DNA of 64,000 nucleotides, from positions 23,932,001-23,996,000 of the forward strand of contig JBHGNT010000002.1 in the NCBI GenBank assembly GCA_043228905.1, written 5' to 3'. The stretch is from Azolla caroliniana. Lineage: Eukaryota; Plantae; Polypodiophyta. A program made the translations under genes and the position numbers. Each line of letters starts with the position of its first letter. Within the stretch, counting starts at the first letter, position 1. Shown here piece after piece: positions 12,406 to 24,456 of the stretch. The notes beneath the pieces were generated by a model, which was given only the letters and a program-made list of their open reading frames with translations, made no database searches and was not told the origin of the DNA.

Positions 12406-13749
12406 ATGAGTGAAAAACCAATCAAAGGAGCATGTATTTTTCCCTTTTCAAATGTTTGAATGCTTGCACGAACACGTTTATTAAGTTCTATGCATATGGC
12501 GATGCTTATTTGTTATGCTTCCCATTGGGTTGAATCTTCAAAAAAAAGATAGCTTCATCACATTGTGTTCCATGATTGGAGAACCATAAACAACCTCAAA
12601 TTTCACTATCAACTTCCTCACAAAGCATTTATACAAAGAATACACCCCTAGGTTTCCTAGACAATGGCTTCACGAAAACATTTGGTGGTTTGGATCACTG
12701 TTGCAAAATATTTAGCATATAGTACACAAACAATATGTATACTAAGCATCATAAATTATTTGATTTCGTAAAAGAAATACTTCCAATACCTATTCTAAAC
12801 ATAAATGAAGTAGAACACTTTGTACATTTGTATCATGTCTAACAATAGTTTTACTATTTTTGGATGGTTTGGTTTTTCTAATTAATATGAGTAATGAAAG
12901 CATCCTGCCAAAACATTTTACAATCAAGAAATCATTTCATCTCAAAAGAAATTCTTGGTCCAAATTTTGTTATTGTTCTTATTATATCTTAATTCTTATT
13001 TTTATTTTAAGGAAACATAAAATATTTGTTGAACATGTATAGTACTTAGAATACATTAAATACGTGGAACATATTGAATTGGTAGTTCTAAAATATAGAA
13101 TATGACTTACAAAGGTCAACGTATTCAAAACATATAAAATAGTTTGGACAAATTTTTGCGGCCTCTCCTTTAATGCTTATTTGCTCCACTAGGTCTTTGA
13201 TGAAGAACACTCGTAGGAATTTTGGTTCGTTGAAGAATTTCCCAAACAAGCTATATTAAATTATCTATAATGTAGGGACATCCTACGTCAAACTTACATT
13301 CTTTACTTTCGGAGTGCTTCTAAGAAGTAATGTCTACTTATACATACATTTCTCATAGTTATTTTGTGGGACAAATCTTTCTAAAAAGGCTCAGAAAGAA
13401 GTAATTAACCAAAAACATGTAGCATGAGAAGCCTAAGAATAATGCGGGCAAGGAATTGGTTCTTTCAAAATGTGCAAGCAAAATACCTCAATTAGTTATA
13501 CATTTTGGAGGATGCTACGTCAATGTATTGAGGAAACCAAAGGTTATAGCAACCTGTTAATTATGGATTGAAACATACGCAATGCATAATTCAAGCACAC
13601 AAATATTTAGAACACAAAGAGCTAGTAATCTTATACTAATGCTCCACCATTTTTCGAACACAAAGAACTAGATATCAAAACATTATGCTCCACTAAAGGT
13701 TCAACTAAGAAATTACAATGTCCCAAACCTAGGCAAATCTGACAACCAA

Positions 13750-14100
13750 AGATAAGACAAACAAATCTTGCCCTCTTACTTGCCAAAAGACTAGGTGGAG
13801 TGTAGCACAACCATATTTGTCAACTACCTCTTACTTCCCAAAAGACAAGGTGGAGTGTAGCACAACCTAGGAAAAATCTACTCTAGCTTGTAGGAATAAA
13901 ATTAGCTCACAAACAAATGCTTATTCTTATTTTCAACCTAATACCTCATCAAAACAAATTTGTTAAATGTCTTTGACAACCCAAAATCTCGCTAGCCACC
14001 ATGGGCTAATGTATTGGAAAAATCCTCTAGCAATACTGGAGTGAAATTAATGAAGCCATTTGGTTAGTAACAAAGTTGAGTTTAGAAAATGCATTCCCCC
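13750..14100. repeat. Upstream segment homologous in inverted orientation to the PPO2 upstream region ~29040-29345
   Basis: aatcttgccctcttacttgccaaaagactaggtggagtgtagcacaacc vs revcomp agtcttgccctttcactggtcaaaaggcaaagtggagtgggacacaacc; ggagtgaaattaatgaag vs ggagtgaaatcaatgaag. Confidence 0.75.
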
Positions 14101-14926
14101 TTAATGTTGCTCACAATCATGTCTAATAATAACAATATTAAGAACCATAGTTAGTTGTTGTAAACAATGAGAAAGATTAACCTAAAGGGAAGTATTCACG
14201 TGCTGAACATTTGATTTCATTAACAACTACTACTACGACCACTATAATACAAATCTAACCAATCAAGGGAATGCTTGATTTCATTAATAGTTGCCGATGT
14301 ATTACAAGTTGAACGACGTTCTTCCAATTGACAAAGGTGTGGCCACATTCTCTCTCCGTGTGAGAGTAGGTTTTTATTATAAAGTATTATATAATATGGT
14401 ATATATCATTCATTACACGGAAATTTTCTACTAAGGAGCTCTATAATATACATATATATATTTGCTAGCAACTAGCAGCTATGTTGTTGAAAATTTCAAT
14501 GTGAATGTAAATTAGTCAGCACAATTTGCTCTATGTGTATGTATGTATATGCATATTTGGTAGGAACCAAAAACTTTCTATTATTCATTGCCCAAGCAAA
14601 GGCCATGGATTCATAAATTAAATCTTAAAGAATAATACTGACGGAGAACTATTCAAATCATTGACTTCTGCACATTTTGTATTATATCATGGCATTGACA
14701 CTATATATAGACAGGGAAACCATTGACATTCCACACCATCAAACATTACAAAAACACCATTCAGATTATTTTGCTACTATTAGCAGCACTCATCTCCACC
14801 CCCCCCCCCCCCTCCCTCCCTCCCTCCCAAAGCATATCCAACACCCAAAACATATTCATATTTCTTGTAACCTGCGTATATTACTACTATTCTTCGTCTA
14901 CAAACTAGACTACTACTATCTACGCT

Positions 14927-16579
14927 ATGCTTCCCATGGCCTCCAAGGTCCTCCATAACCTTGTGTTGGCCCTAGCCCTCTGCCAAATGCTCCTCCCATT
15001 ACAGTCCTTCTTCGCGGCTGCGGATCCCGTTACCGTCCCCGATTTGTCCCAGTGTCAACTTGCCGTCGACAGGCCTGCGGCCGGCCCCAATGCCAAGAAC
15101 ACCTATCTCTTCAATTGTTGCATCCCCATAGTGCCTGCCCACAAAGTCGTCCAATTCTCCTTGGATGCCTACAAGTCCCCCAAGACCCGTGTCCGGCACC
15201 CCGCCCACCGTGTGAGCGACGAGTACATCGCCAAATACAACAAGGCATATGCGCTCATGAAAGCCCTCCCCGACACAGACCCCCGCAGCTTCAAGGTCCA
15301 AGCCGATCTCCATTGCGCCTTTTGCAACGGCGCCTACAGGCAAGGCGGAGCCGCCGGTGACACGCCCCTCCAGGTCCACTTCTCGTGGTTGTTCCTCCCC
15401 TGGCACCGCATGTACCTCTACTTCCACGAGCGCATCCTCGCTAGCCTCATTGGCGATCCCTCGTTCGCACTTGTCTATTGGAACTGGGACGACCAACGTG
15501 ACGGCGGCAACGTGTTGCCCCCCATGTTCGCGCACAACGGCACCGCCCTCTTCGACCCCAACCGTAGCACCTCCGCGCTCTCAGGTTCAACCCTCATCCG
15601 TCTCTCCCCCGCTAGTAACACCACCAACACCACCGTCGTCGCCTTGGAGAATCTCAACGCCATGTATCAAGCCATGGTGACCGCCCGCACCCCCGACCTC
15701 TTCCTAGGCGGCCCTTACGTGCTCGGGTCCGACCTCACCAATTCCACTGTCATCTCCGCTCCGTTGGGCGGTAGCATCGAGAACACGATCCACAATGGCA
15801 TCCATTACTGGACTGGCAACAGGAACAACACCCTAGGAGAAGATATGGGCACCTTCACCTCGGCCGGTCACGATCCCGTGTTCTACTCCCATCACACCAA
15901 TGTTGACCGGCTGTGGGACATGTGGCGATTCCACCTCCCTGATGGCGAGCGCCACGATTTCAACGTAACTGACTTCCTCGACGCCGAGTTCGCGTTCTTC
16001 GACGAGTATGCAAACATGGTGAAGATAAAGGTGCGAGATGTGCTCGACATAAGCAAGCTCGGGTACAAATACAAGAGGGTGAGCTCCGACAAGTTGTGGA
16101 TCCGATTCTCCCCGGTGCCAGCCTCGAAGGGGAGTGCACTACCGGCGGCCATAGCTTCGGGCGTACCGCTCATCGGGCCCTCGCCTCTCAATGGGACGAT
16201 CGACCTAGGCCAGAAGCTTGTGGCGCGCGTGCAAAGGCCGTCGGCCCTAGGGGTGAAAAGGCCGGAGCACTCGGAGGAGGTGCTGACGATCGAAGGGATG
16301 GACGTGGTGAGAGACAGTTTCGTGCAACTGGTGGTGTTTGTGAATCTGCCGGGGGCGACGAACACGACACTCACGAGCAGCGCCGAGTATGTGGGGACGT
16401 TCAACGTGGTGCCATCGGCGAGCCAGCATCGGCGGCTCATGACCAACCTAAAGTTCGAGATCGGAGACAACTTGAAGCGTGTGGGAATCAAGAAGGACGA
16501 CGAGGTCGTGATCACGATCATCGTGAAGGGCACCGAGAGAGTCACTATCCAAGGCCTCCGGATCGGCTATGAAGTTTAA
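14927..16579 (+). CDS. PPO: Polyphenol oxidase (type-3 copper catechol oxidase/tyrosinase), secretory-pathway type, 550 aa, intronless (PPO1)
   Basis: CuA HCAFC and QVHFSWLFLPWHRMYLYFHE; CuB ENTIHNGIH and DMGTF..DPVFYSHHTNVDRLW; PDLSQC/NCC disulfide motifs; DWL-like and KFDV-like C-terminal domains; hydrophobic N-terminus. Start may be the second ATG at 14936. Confidence 0.97.
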   Translation: MLPMASKVLHNLVLALALCQMLLPLQSFFAAADPVTVPDLSQCQLAVDRPAAGPNAKNTYLFNCCIPIVPAHKVVQFSLDAYKSPKTRVRHPAHRVSDEYIAKYNKAYALMKALPDTDPRSFKVQADLHCAFCNGAYRQGGAAGDTPLQVHFSWLFLPWHRMYLYFHERILASLIGDPSFALVYWNWDDQRDGGNVLPPMFAHNGTALFDPNRSTSALSGSTLIRLSPASNTTNTTVVALENLNAMYQAMVTARTPDLFLGGPYVLGSDLTNSTVISAPLGGSIENTIHNGIHYWTGNRNNTLGEDMGTFTSAGHDPVFYSHHTNVDRLWDMWRFHLPDGERHDFNVTDFLDAEFAFFDEYANMVKIKVRDVLDISKLGYKYKRVSSDKLWIRFSPVPASKGSALPAAIASGVPLIGPSPLNGTIDLGQKLVARVQRPSALGVKRPEHSEEVLTIEGMDVVRDSFVQLVVFVNLPGATNTTLTSSAEYVGTFNVVPSASQHRRLMTNLKFEIGDNLKRVGIKKDDEVVITIIVKGTERVTIQGLRIGYEV

Positions 16580-19500
16580 AATTTCTTGAGAATGCTTTGT
16601 TTTTGTGTGGTGTTAATGTTACCACAATGGATTTGACATAGGATTTGGCTGGACAATGATGTTTGTATATATAAAGTTTTATGGTGGTGTTTCTTCTTGC
16701 GATCGAACCCAATGTTCTCTATTCAAAATAAAGAACAGTTATTTTGTCAACATGTTTTATCTACTCATTCAAATAGTGTAGTCACGGTTCTCATGATTGT
16801 CCATCCATCATTTCATTTACGTAATTGATGGGTCCTTGGCGGAAACAAAATGCAAAAGAGAAAACTTTCTGCAATAATTATTAGGATTTGATTCAGGACA
16901 TTGATCTATAAGATGGATCAATGGCGGTCCATCCTGTGTTTGAATCAGGACAATCTATAATTTTTTTATTTCATTTGAGCAACCATCGGAAAAATAATCC
17001 TGAGAAATGATCCATCCAGTGTTTAATTTAATTTGATAGTTCATTAGGGCAACCCATCCGAAAAGTAATCGTGAGAAATGATCCATCCAGTGTTTAATTT
17101 GATTAATCAAAAGAAATTAATCTTGAGAAAAGATAAACATTCAATTTTGGAGAGTAATCCAAAGAAAATAATCTTGAAACTTCGATCAAGCAATTACGCG
17201 TTAAATTATCGTTTTCACAGGGAACACAATATTAATATTTTTACCTCTGGAAAATTTTAAAATTGTGTTCAATAATTAGTCCTGTAATAAAGAGTATTTG
17301 AGAAGAAGACATTGAATGAAATGTTTTTAATTAGATGACGAGTAACAAAAAATGATAAATTTGGACTGGTCAAGAATCCTCCAAAATTTCTAGCAATATA
17401 TTTTTCTACTAGAAAGGAACAGCAAACCACTTACGCATTCTTTTAAACAGAATGATAATAATAATAATAATAATGCATTTTTAATGGCAACGATGCAATT
17501 TGTGGCTAAGTCGGAGTTTTTTTTAGTAAAAACCCACAAATTAACCAATTGTTTGTTTTCAATATCGGTATGAACTAATAAATCATCATCATTTATCAAG
17601 AAGTCATTAGCTTTGTAATAAATAAATAAAACAATTTAATGTGTCAAGTTTCAACAATTCAAAATCTTTTGAATATGAAGACATTTAGATGCCAAAGTTC
17701 CGTGGTCGAAATAGACAATGCTATTGTTTTAGTGCCTATAAGTCAAAACTAAGATAAGTTTACCATCTTAATCTAAAGATACCAAGGACCGTGTAGCACA
17801 ACAATACAAAGTTTATACCTTGAACCATGACCACTCTTCTCTTTAAATTGTCAATCATGCTTTTGCAACATTTGGGAAGAGACAAACTCCAAGTTGTATT
17901 ACTCAATCATTCTGTCATTACCAAAAATGTCATCACCAAATTTTGGACGAAATGGTTCAAGTTCAAAATATCAAAGATTATATTTTTAGAGACATCATGA
18001 TGCGAGGATGGGCATCATACCTCCATTGTATGCATTTGGTTCATCCTAAGAATAGCTCAATGATGAACTTTGGATCAAGGTTTGATGTCCTTCACCACAT
18101 TCTAAATTCTAATGTCCCTCCCATAATGGACGTGTAACCCTAAAAATAAAATATCGCATTTATTGCCCCTTAAAGGTGTAAGGGTCATTCAAAACCAAGA
18201 TCAAGATTCTCTCTCTATTGTGTTATATAGTACTTTATGGAGTTGCTTATAAAGTATCTAAACTTCATCTCGAGATCCTCCATACTAACATCAACAAGAA
18301 TATCAAGAAAAGCTTCATTTACCAGGATAAGTACATTGGTAGGATGCCCATCTTGTTTGTAATGATCTCGTGACGCCTACAATTTGGTTTGCATCAAGCC
18401 TAGGAGTGAGTAGAGGAACCTAAGAAGAAAACGTCAATTTCATTTCATTTTACACATGTTATGGTTGTTGTGTGTATGTGATTTATGTCCAAGGTTGAAG
18501 CCAATTAGAAGAATAAAAGTGAGTACGAAGAAGAAGACAATAAGGAATTTGTATCATTAACTAGAGGAAAGATTTAAAGAATGCATATGTTGTGGAAATA
18601 TTGTGTTTGTGCGTGAATGTTGAGCAAGACCACTAAGGGCCTAACAGCACGGAAGAAAGCTTCGATTATGGTTTTGTTGATGAAGGATTTTGGAGTTTGC
18701 ATTTCTGATTAGCACATGTGCACTTGTAGGCGTCACTTTGTCTAGTTGGGGAAGGTTTTATGTTGTTAGCGCTTATACATGTGTACCGTGGTTTGATTTG
18801 GTAGATTAGTGTGCATGTCTATGCGTTGATGTTTGTGGATTCTTATGTGTTGTCTTTGTTGAGTTGACTTACATAGGTGTTTTATATTAATGTGTAAATG
18901 TGTGGATTTGTTTTTACATATTAAATTTTATGGGGGAAGGAAGGTTTGACTTCAGAAATTAGTTTGTGTATGTATTATATTGGCAATAAGATGAGTATTT
19001 GGCGACCATAAGTGAAGTTGTGTGTAAACAATTTGGATCTGCATGTGTTTGTATTATTTTATATAGGGGGTAAACTTTAGGAATTGGATAATTTAAATAT
19101 ATTACAATTTCTGTAGGAAAGGAGGGGTATTTGGGAAACATAGTGTTCCCCCCTTACCCCGCTTTTGTTTTTCTCTTGGGTTGGTTCTTAGGTGGGTGGA
19201 TAAGTGTAAAAGGAAGGGCTGAAAAGTGTTTCCTACATCTAAAACCTAGGCTTAGTGGTTGTCAAACTACAATCATCCTCTCCTCCCCCCTCCTCCCCCC
19301 ACCCGCTTCATTGTTGTTGAACGAGGTGTGGTAGGAGCACATTTGTTTCCTAACTTCTTGTAGAAATTTCTATCATATGTTGTTAATCTCACTTGTTAAA
19401 TGTCATTAATTGACATTTGTAACAAGGACTACATATTAAATATTTAATATTCTTATGTAAATGAATCTTAGTCCAAGAATATTAGATGATGCTTTAGTTG

Positions 19501-20029
19501 AATATTTGGATTTTGGACCAAGTAAAGCTTGAAGGATTCCGATGTGTTAAGGGGTTCCGTGATCAGAACCATAAAACACCACCTCGATGGATTGAGGTGA
19601 GGGCCTTCTTGACGGGTAGAGAAGGCCTTGTGAGGCGTGGGCTTCTAAGTCTTCTCGACGGATAGAGAAGACACCCATGACTCACATGGGATTGGAAGCT
19701 AGATAGTGGGTGGTATGTTCAGTGGGTCCAAATACTTCACCTAGTCATCCTTCACACAATCAAGTAGTGTTGGTCACGCGAGTTTGAGTCTGAGTGGAGA
19801 TCCACCCTAATCATAAAAAAAAATTGGTGGTGTAATGGGGTTGTAGTTATGGTTGTTCGTGATAGTTGATCTTAGAACGAAAGAAAATTAACATATATTG
19901 ACTTGCAATCAATAGGGTGATTTTTGTAACATGACATTAAGTGAAAGATGAATCTTTCTAACCCGCCCGAAATGGGTAAGGAAAGAAAAGGTGGGGGTTC
20001 CTAGAACAAATCCAGTGGGGGCATTTATC

Positions 20030-20200
20030 ATAACATGAAAAACCAATCCATAGATAGCTTGTGTTATGCCCATATATCTAAGTTCATCTTGGATCAGATT
20101 TTTATCCTTAGCATTGTCAGATGATTGTTGTTCAAATGGTACTATAATACAAGATTCTCGTGTGATGCATAGATGATCTACCTTATTTGTAGATATTGCC
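20030..20200 (-). mobile_element. Degenerate CACTA/En-Spm transposase (DUF4216-like) fragment
   Basis: DHLCITRESCIIVPFEQQ..KDKNLIQDELRYMGITQAIY resembles the TQDSG..Y.G.I..I.EL segment of CACTA Tnp2-type proteins; no terminal repeats recognised. Confidence 0.45.
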
Positions 20201-21097
20201 CACATGCTAGTATAAACCCACGCATAATTAAATAGAACTAACAATCAATACTATATTGTAAAGTCATAATGACATGAGCTGATTCACATCACACATATTC
20301 TAGAAATACTATTTTGTTGCTCTAATAACTAATTTTTTAATCCACATTTGCTTATTAGAATCTCTCCCTCTCCCATATACTCTAAAAGTGGACGTGTTTT
20401 ACATACCTTAGCACTCATGTTGCATACCATTGCATAAACTCTCTTTACTCTATTTGCCAATAAAATATGACATGCAAATGGAGATAGCATTGTAGTATGA
20501 ACGTGGTGATGTTCTTCTGTTGTTGTTGTTATATAACATAGTGTTTGCATTGTTATATGTCTTTATCTTGGAGCTGCAAATTTTTTTCTTTCAATGGATT
20601 GTTAACGAACATTGGGAAAGAGAGAGAGAGAGTACATGCATTGTTTTGTGTAGGCATTGACTTAAGATTTGGCAAAGGTAATGGGGTGGATGTAGTAGAG
20701 TTACAAGCAAGCAAGCTGAGTGAGTAGTAACTTAGTAAGTGCGTGTGCTTTTTTATATTGAGTAAGTAAGTCAAAGTGTGTGTGTGTGTGTGTTTGGATA
20801 GAAAAAAAAGAAAACCCCGGTTCCCCAGGGGCCACCATAACGGACGGTCTCCGTCCTTCTTCCTTGGGATGCCGCGTTCTCTCTCATTCATTCGTTACAT
20901 ACATACATTATACATACATACTTGTTTTCTTTCTTCGGGAACTACGACCTTTTCATATCATGACCGGGGAAAAAGTACACAAACCCCACTGTCGACTCAC
21001 TCGGACAGCTCAACCACAAACACGCACAAATCACACGCCCACTTCCTTCTACTAAACTTTTGGAGACATGCCACATTGCCACTCTGTCGATCTTGTC

Positions 21098-21236
21098 CAC
21101 ACACACACACACACACACACACAAGGAAAAGGGGGAGAGGCGGGAGCTGTGTGTGTGTGTGTGCGTGTGCGCGCGTTCCCACTCCCTCCCCATTCTCACC
21201 ACCACCACCACCACCACCACCACCACCACCACCACC
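21098..21236. repeat. Microsatellite cluster (CA)n, (TG)n, (CCA)n upstream of the proline-rich gene
   Basis: (CA)n 21098-21123, (TG)n 21148-21163, (CCA)n 21198-21236. Confidence 0.9.
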
Positions 21237-21279
21237 GTCCAAGGAACCAACGCCTTTTCTTCTTCTTCAATCAACTGAA

Positions 21280-22364
21280 ATGCTGCGGTGGCGTCACCCT
21301 GCCGTGGCGCCGCCTCCGCCCTTCCTCCTCCTCCTCCTCCTCCTCACTTGCCACCTCTGTGCTGCGCAGCAGACACCCTCCCCCTCCGCCTCCCCTCCCC
21401 CTCCGCCTATCTCCGCCTCCTCTCCTCCACCTCCGACCCCTTCAGATCCACCCCCCTCCTCGCCTCCTCCTCCTTCGCCCCCTTCTGATCCACCCGCCTC
21501 TCCTCCTCCTCCTCCTTCAGATCCACCCGCCTCTTCTCCTCCACCTCCGCCCCCTTCTGATCCACCCGCTTCTTCTCCTCCTCCTCCTTCGCCTCCTTCA
21601 GATCCACCCGCCTCCTCACCTCCACCTCCGCCCCCTTCTGATCCACCCGCTTCTTCTCCTCCACCTCCGCCCCCTTCTGATCCACCCGCCTCCTCTCCTC
21701 CACCTCCGCCCCCTTCTGATCCACCCGCCTCCTCACCTCCACCTCCGCCCCCTTCTGATCCACCCGCCTCCTCACCTCCACCTCCCCCCCCTTCTGATCC
21801 ACCCGCCTCCTCGCCTCCACCTCCGCCTCCTTCAGATCCACCTTCCTCCCCTTCCACGCCGCCTCCCTCTGATCCAACCCCCTCCTCGCCTCCTCCACCT
21901 CCCCCCTCTGATCCGCCATCATCTCCCCCGCCGCCTCCTCCCTCTGACCCAACCTCCTCCTCCTCACCGCCTCCTCCTCTCTCCTCACCGCCACCCTCTT
22001 CCTCTTCTCCTCCTCCTCCGCCATCTTCTTCGCCTCCCTCAGATCCGCCACCCTCCTCATCAACGTCGCCTCCCTCTCCCCCTCCCCCTCCACCCTCTTC
22101 CTCATCATCATCTCCTCCTCCTCCACCCTCTTCCTCCTCCTCCTCATCTCCTCCGCCGCCGCCTCTTCGCTCATCACCTCCGCCACCGCTTCGCTCTCCT
22201 CCTCCTCCGCCGCTTCGATCTTCACCTCCACCTCCTCCATCTCTAACTCCTCCGCCGCCGCCACCATCTCCCCGTCTGACGTCACCACCTCCAAGCAGCC
22301 AGCCTGTCGCATCCTCACCCTCGCCGAACGCCCTTGGATCAGTGCCTGGATCAGGATCTCCGAT

Positions 22365-22397
<33 letters not shown>

Positions 22398-22554
22398 AGG
22401 CTCGTCGAGCAACCTGACAGGTGGCCAGAAGGCTGGGATCGCAGTGGGCGCCCTGCTGGGCGTGGCCGTCCTGGGCCTGGTCGGAATCTTCTTAAAAATC
22501 CGATATGACCGTCGAGCCAATGCCATGGACGATTTACGACCCGAGACCGTATGA
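21280..22554 (+). CDS. Type I membrane Ser/Pro-rich extensin-like (HRGP) protein, 424 aa
   Basis: ATG at 21280; signal peptide FLLLLLLLTCHLCAA|QQ; long SP3-6 ectodomain; TM helix AGIAVGALLGVAVLGLVGIFL after LTGGQK; basic stop-transfer KIRYDRR; short tail ending PETV. Confidence 0.88.
21440..21960 (+). repeat. Coding minisatellite, ~39-bp unit (SDPPASSPPPPPP)
   Basis: About 13 units starting ccttcWgatccaccc, differing mainly at synonymous positions. Confidence 0.92.
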
Positions 22555-24419
22555 GCCACCATTTTGTCCAGCTCCACCACTCACGGAGGCAAGACCGTCC
22601 ATATAACGATCATATTCGTTGGTTCTCTTGATTTCATTTGTCCGGCCTCCCATGGCCCTAGTCCACCCCCCAATAATCTTCTTCTTCTTCTTTTTTGTCC
22701 GCGTTGGATTTACATCAGACACCCGAGAGAACATTTCGTAGTTTGTCTCTCTTGTCTGCCTGGACGATTTATGGCTGGTCACCATTTACTACTACTACTA
22801 CTGTCCGCCCGTCCCACACGGCCAAGCATTTTTTTTATGTCATGGATTGGGGAGGGGAGTGGTGGCTCATTTGGTCGGTCTATATAGCTCACATTGTTTT
22901 ATAGTTCACGTTGTTTTCCCATCTTATCAGCTCACATTGTTTTATAGTTCACATTGTTTTCCCATCTTATCGTAACACATTTGTGTTGGATATGATTCTT
23001 CTCATGGGCATTGTCTTTATGTAATGTATCGTTCACATGTTGCGTGCAAAGGTTTCTCTTTTGTAATGTATCGTTCCCCCCATTCGTTTTCGCCATCATA
23101 CCTAAAATTGGGTAGAATTTAAATTGATGGCTCCTTAGGTGCTCTTAATACATTTGACTTGCGAGACATGCGAAAGTGCAATAAGGGAACACTTTGGCTA
23201 AGTTTTTCATGGTCCATAATATAACAAAACACCTTCAGGGTAGCTGGTTACCACACTAGAAAATAGCATGCAACACTACAAATTTTCAATTTGATTGATT
23301 AATCAGGACTTGAATGGGTCGATCGTTAATCATTAACCCAAACTAAAAGCATAAATATTTGATGTCTTGCCTCTTTCATCAACAAAAACTATATGTCTTC
23401 TATGCCTTGTAACAATCCAAGAAGACAACCAAAATGTCCCCTTTTAATTATTTGAACAGTAGGTCATCACCAATGTAAATTGTTGCAATCTAAGAAGAGT
23501 AGGTCACCACCAATGTAAATTTTTGCAATCTAAGAAGAGTGTTAATCAATGTAATATCCTAATATTTCAACAATGCATACAAGCTTAAGCACACTTCTTC
23601 TTTGTGCAAATTTTCAACATTTCACATGGTTGTCTTGGGTCTTCACAATATTTGAGATTAAAAAACAACTTCTTTTTGTGACCTTGAGATTAACACAATC
23701 GATGTTGTGCTTGTTCTATCATATTATTTAGCTTGTGAGAGTCCATAAACATTGATGCAACTTAATATAAATATAGTCATTTTATATAGATAGAAATTTT
23801 TCATGAAGAAATATCCATAAGAAATTCTTGCACTTGGTTATTGAGGATAGACACAAAGTATGGAGTATATAAACCAACATTGTTATATTTTCAACAATGT
23901 TGATTAATTCTGCTCTTTTAAGGAAATGATATATCATATGAATATGTTGATTAACTTTGTTATTTTGAGGAAAAGATATGAACTATGAGCCTTTTCTGAC
24001 ATGATGTCATTTGGGAGCTTGTGTAAGTGGACCACGTTCAAACATATAGTCGAAAATAATATACACATAAAAAGGAAGCAGCAAAATGTCTTTTTCATCT
24101 TCTCGTGTGCCATCATTTATGAAATACACTATACATATATATATAATGGTGTGATACGTACAATATAAATCATTGCCCATTTGGTATGGTAAATGAAGTG
24201 AAAATGAAAAACAAGGGAATTCTTTTTTACAAAAATAAACACAAGGGAATCCTCTTTCCTTGAATTGATCGAGTTATGGTGTTGTGACATGTCGAGAAAC
24301 CGCTTTGCTTAACTTTTTGAGGACGTATCGGAATGTCCCTATGCTTTCAATATCACCACAATACCCTTGCGATTTTTCATATTATGGGGTGATTAATCTT
24401 GGGTTAATCTTGTGAGAGT

Positions 24420-24451
<32 letters not shown>

Positions 24452-24456
24452 CCGAG

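Noticed and set aside
14999-16572. Overlapping and antisense ORFs on the PPO genes (also 26721-28303)
   Set aside because: Expected by-products of high GC3; no motifs.
14927-16579. Recent bacterial horizontal origin of the GC-rich intronless PPOs
   Set aside because: Plant-type motifs (HCAxC, PDL..C/NCC, DWL- and KFDV-like domains); many plant PPOs lack introns.
20776-21279. 168-aa N-terminal extension of the proline-rich ORF
   Set aside because: Starts at a GTG inside a (GT)n tract and translates microsatellites; the signal peptide follows the ATG at 21280.
21440-21960. Regular repeats as a CRISPR array (also 11851-12405, 30007-30227)
   Set aside because: No unique spacers, no cas genes, eukaryotic context.
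21068-22580. Long Gly/Glu-rich, Arg/Glu-rich and His/Leu-rich ORFs in other frames
   Set aside because: Shadows of the stop-poor Pro/Ser repeat; only one frame has a signal peptide plus TM layout.
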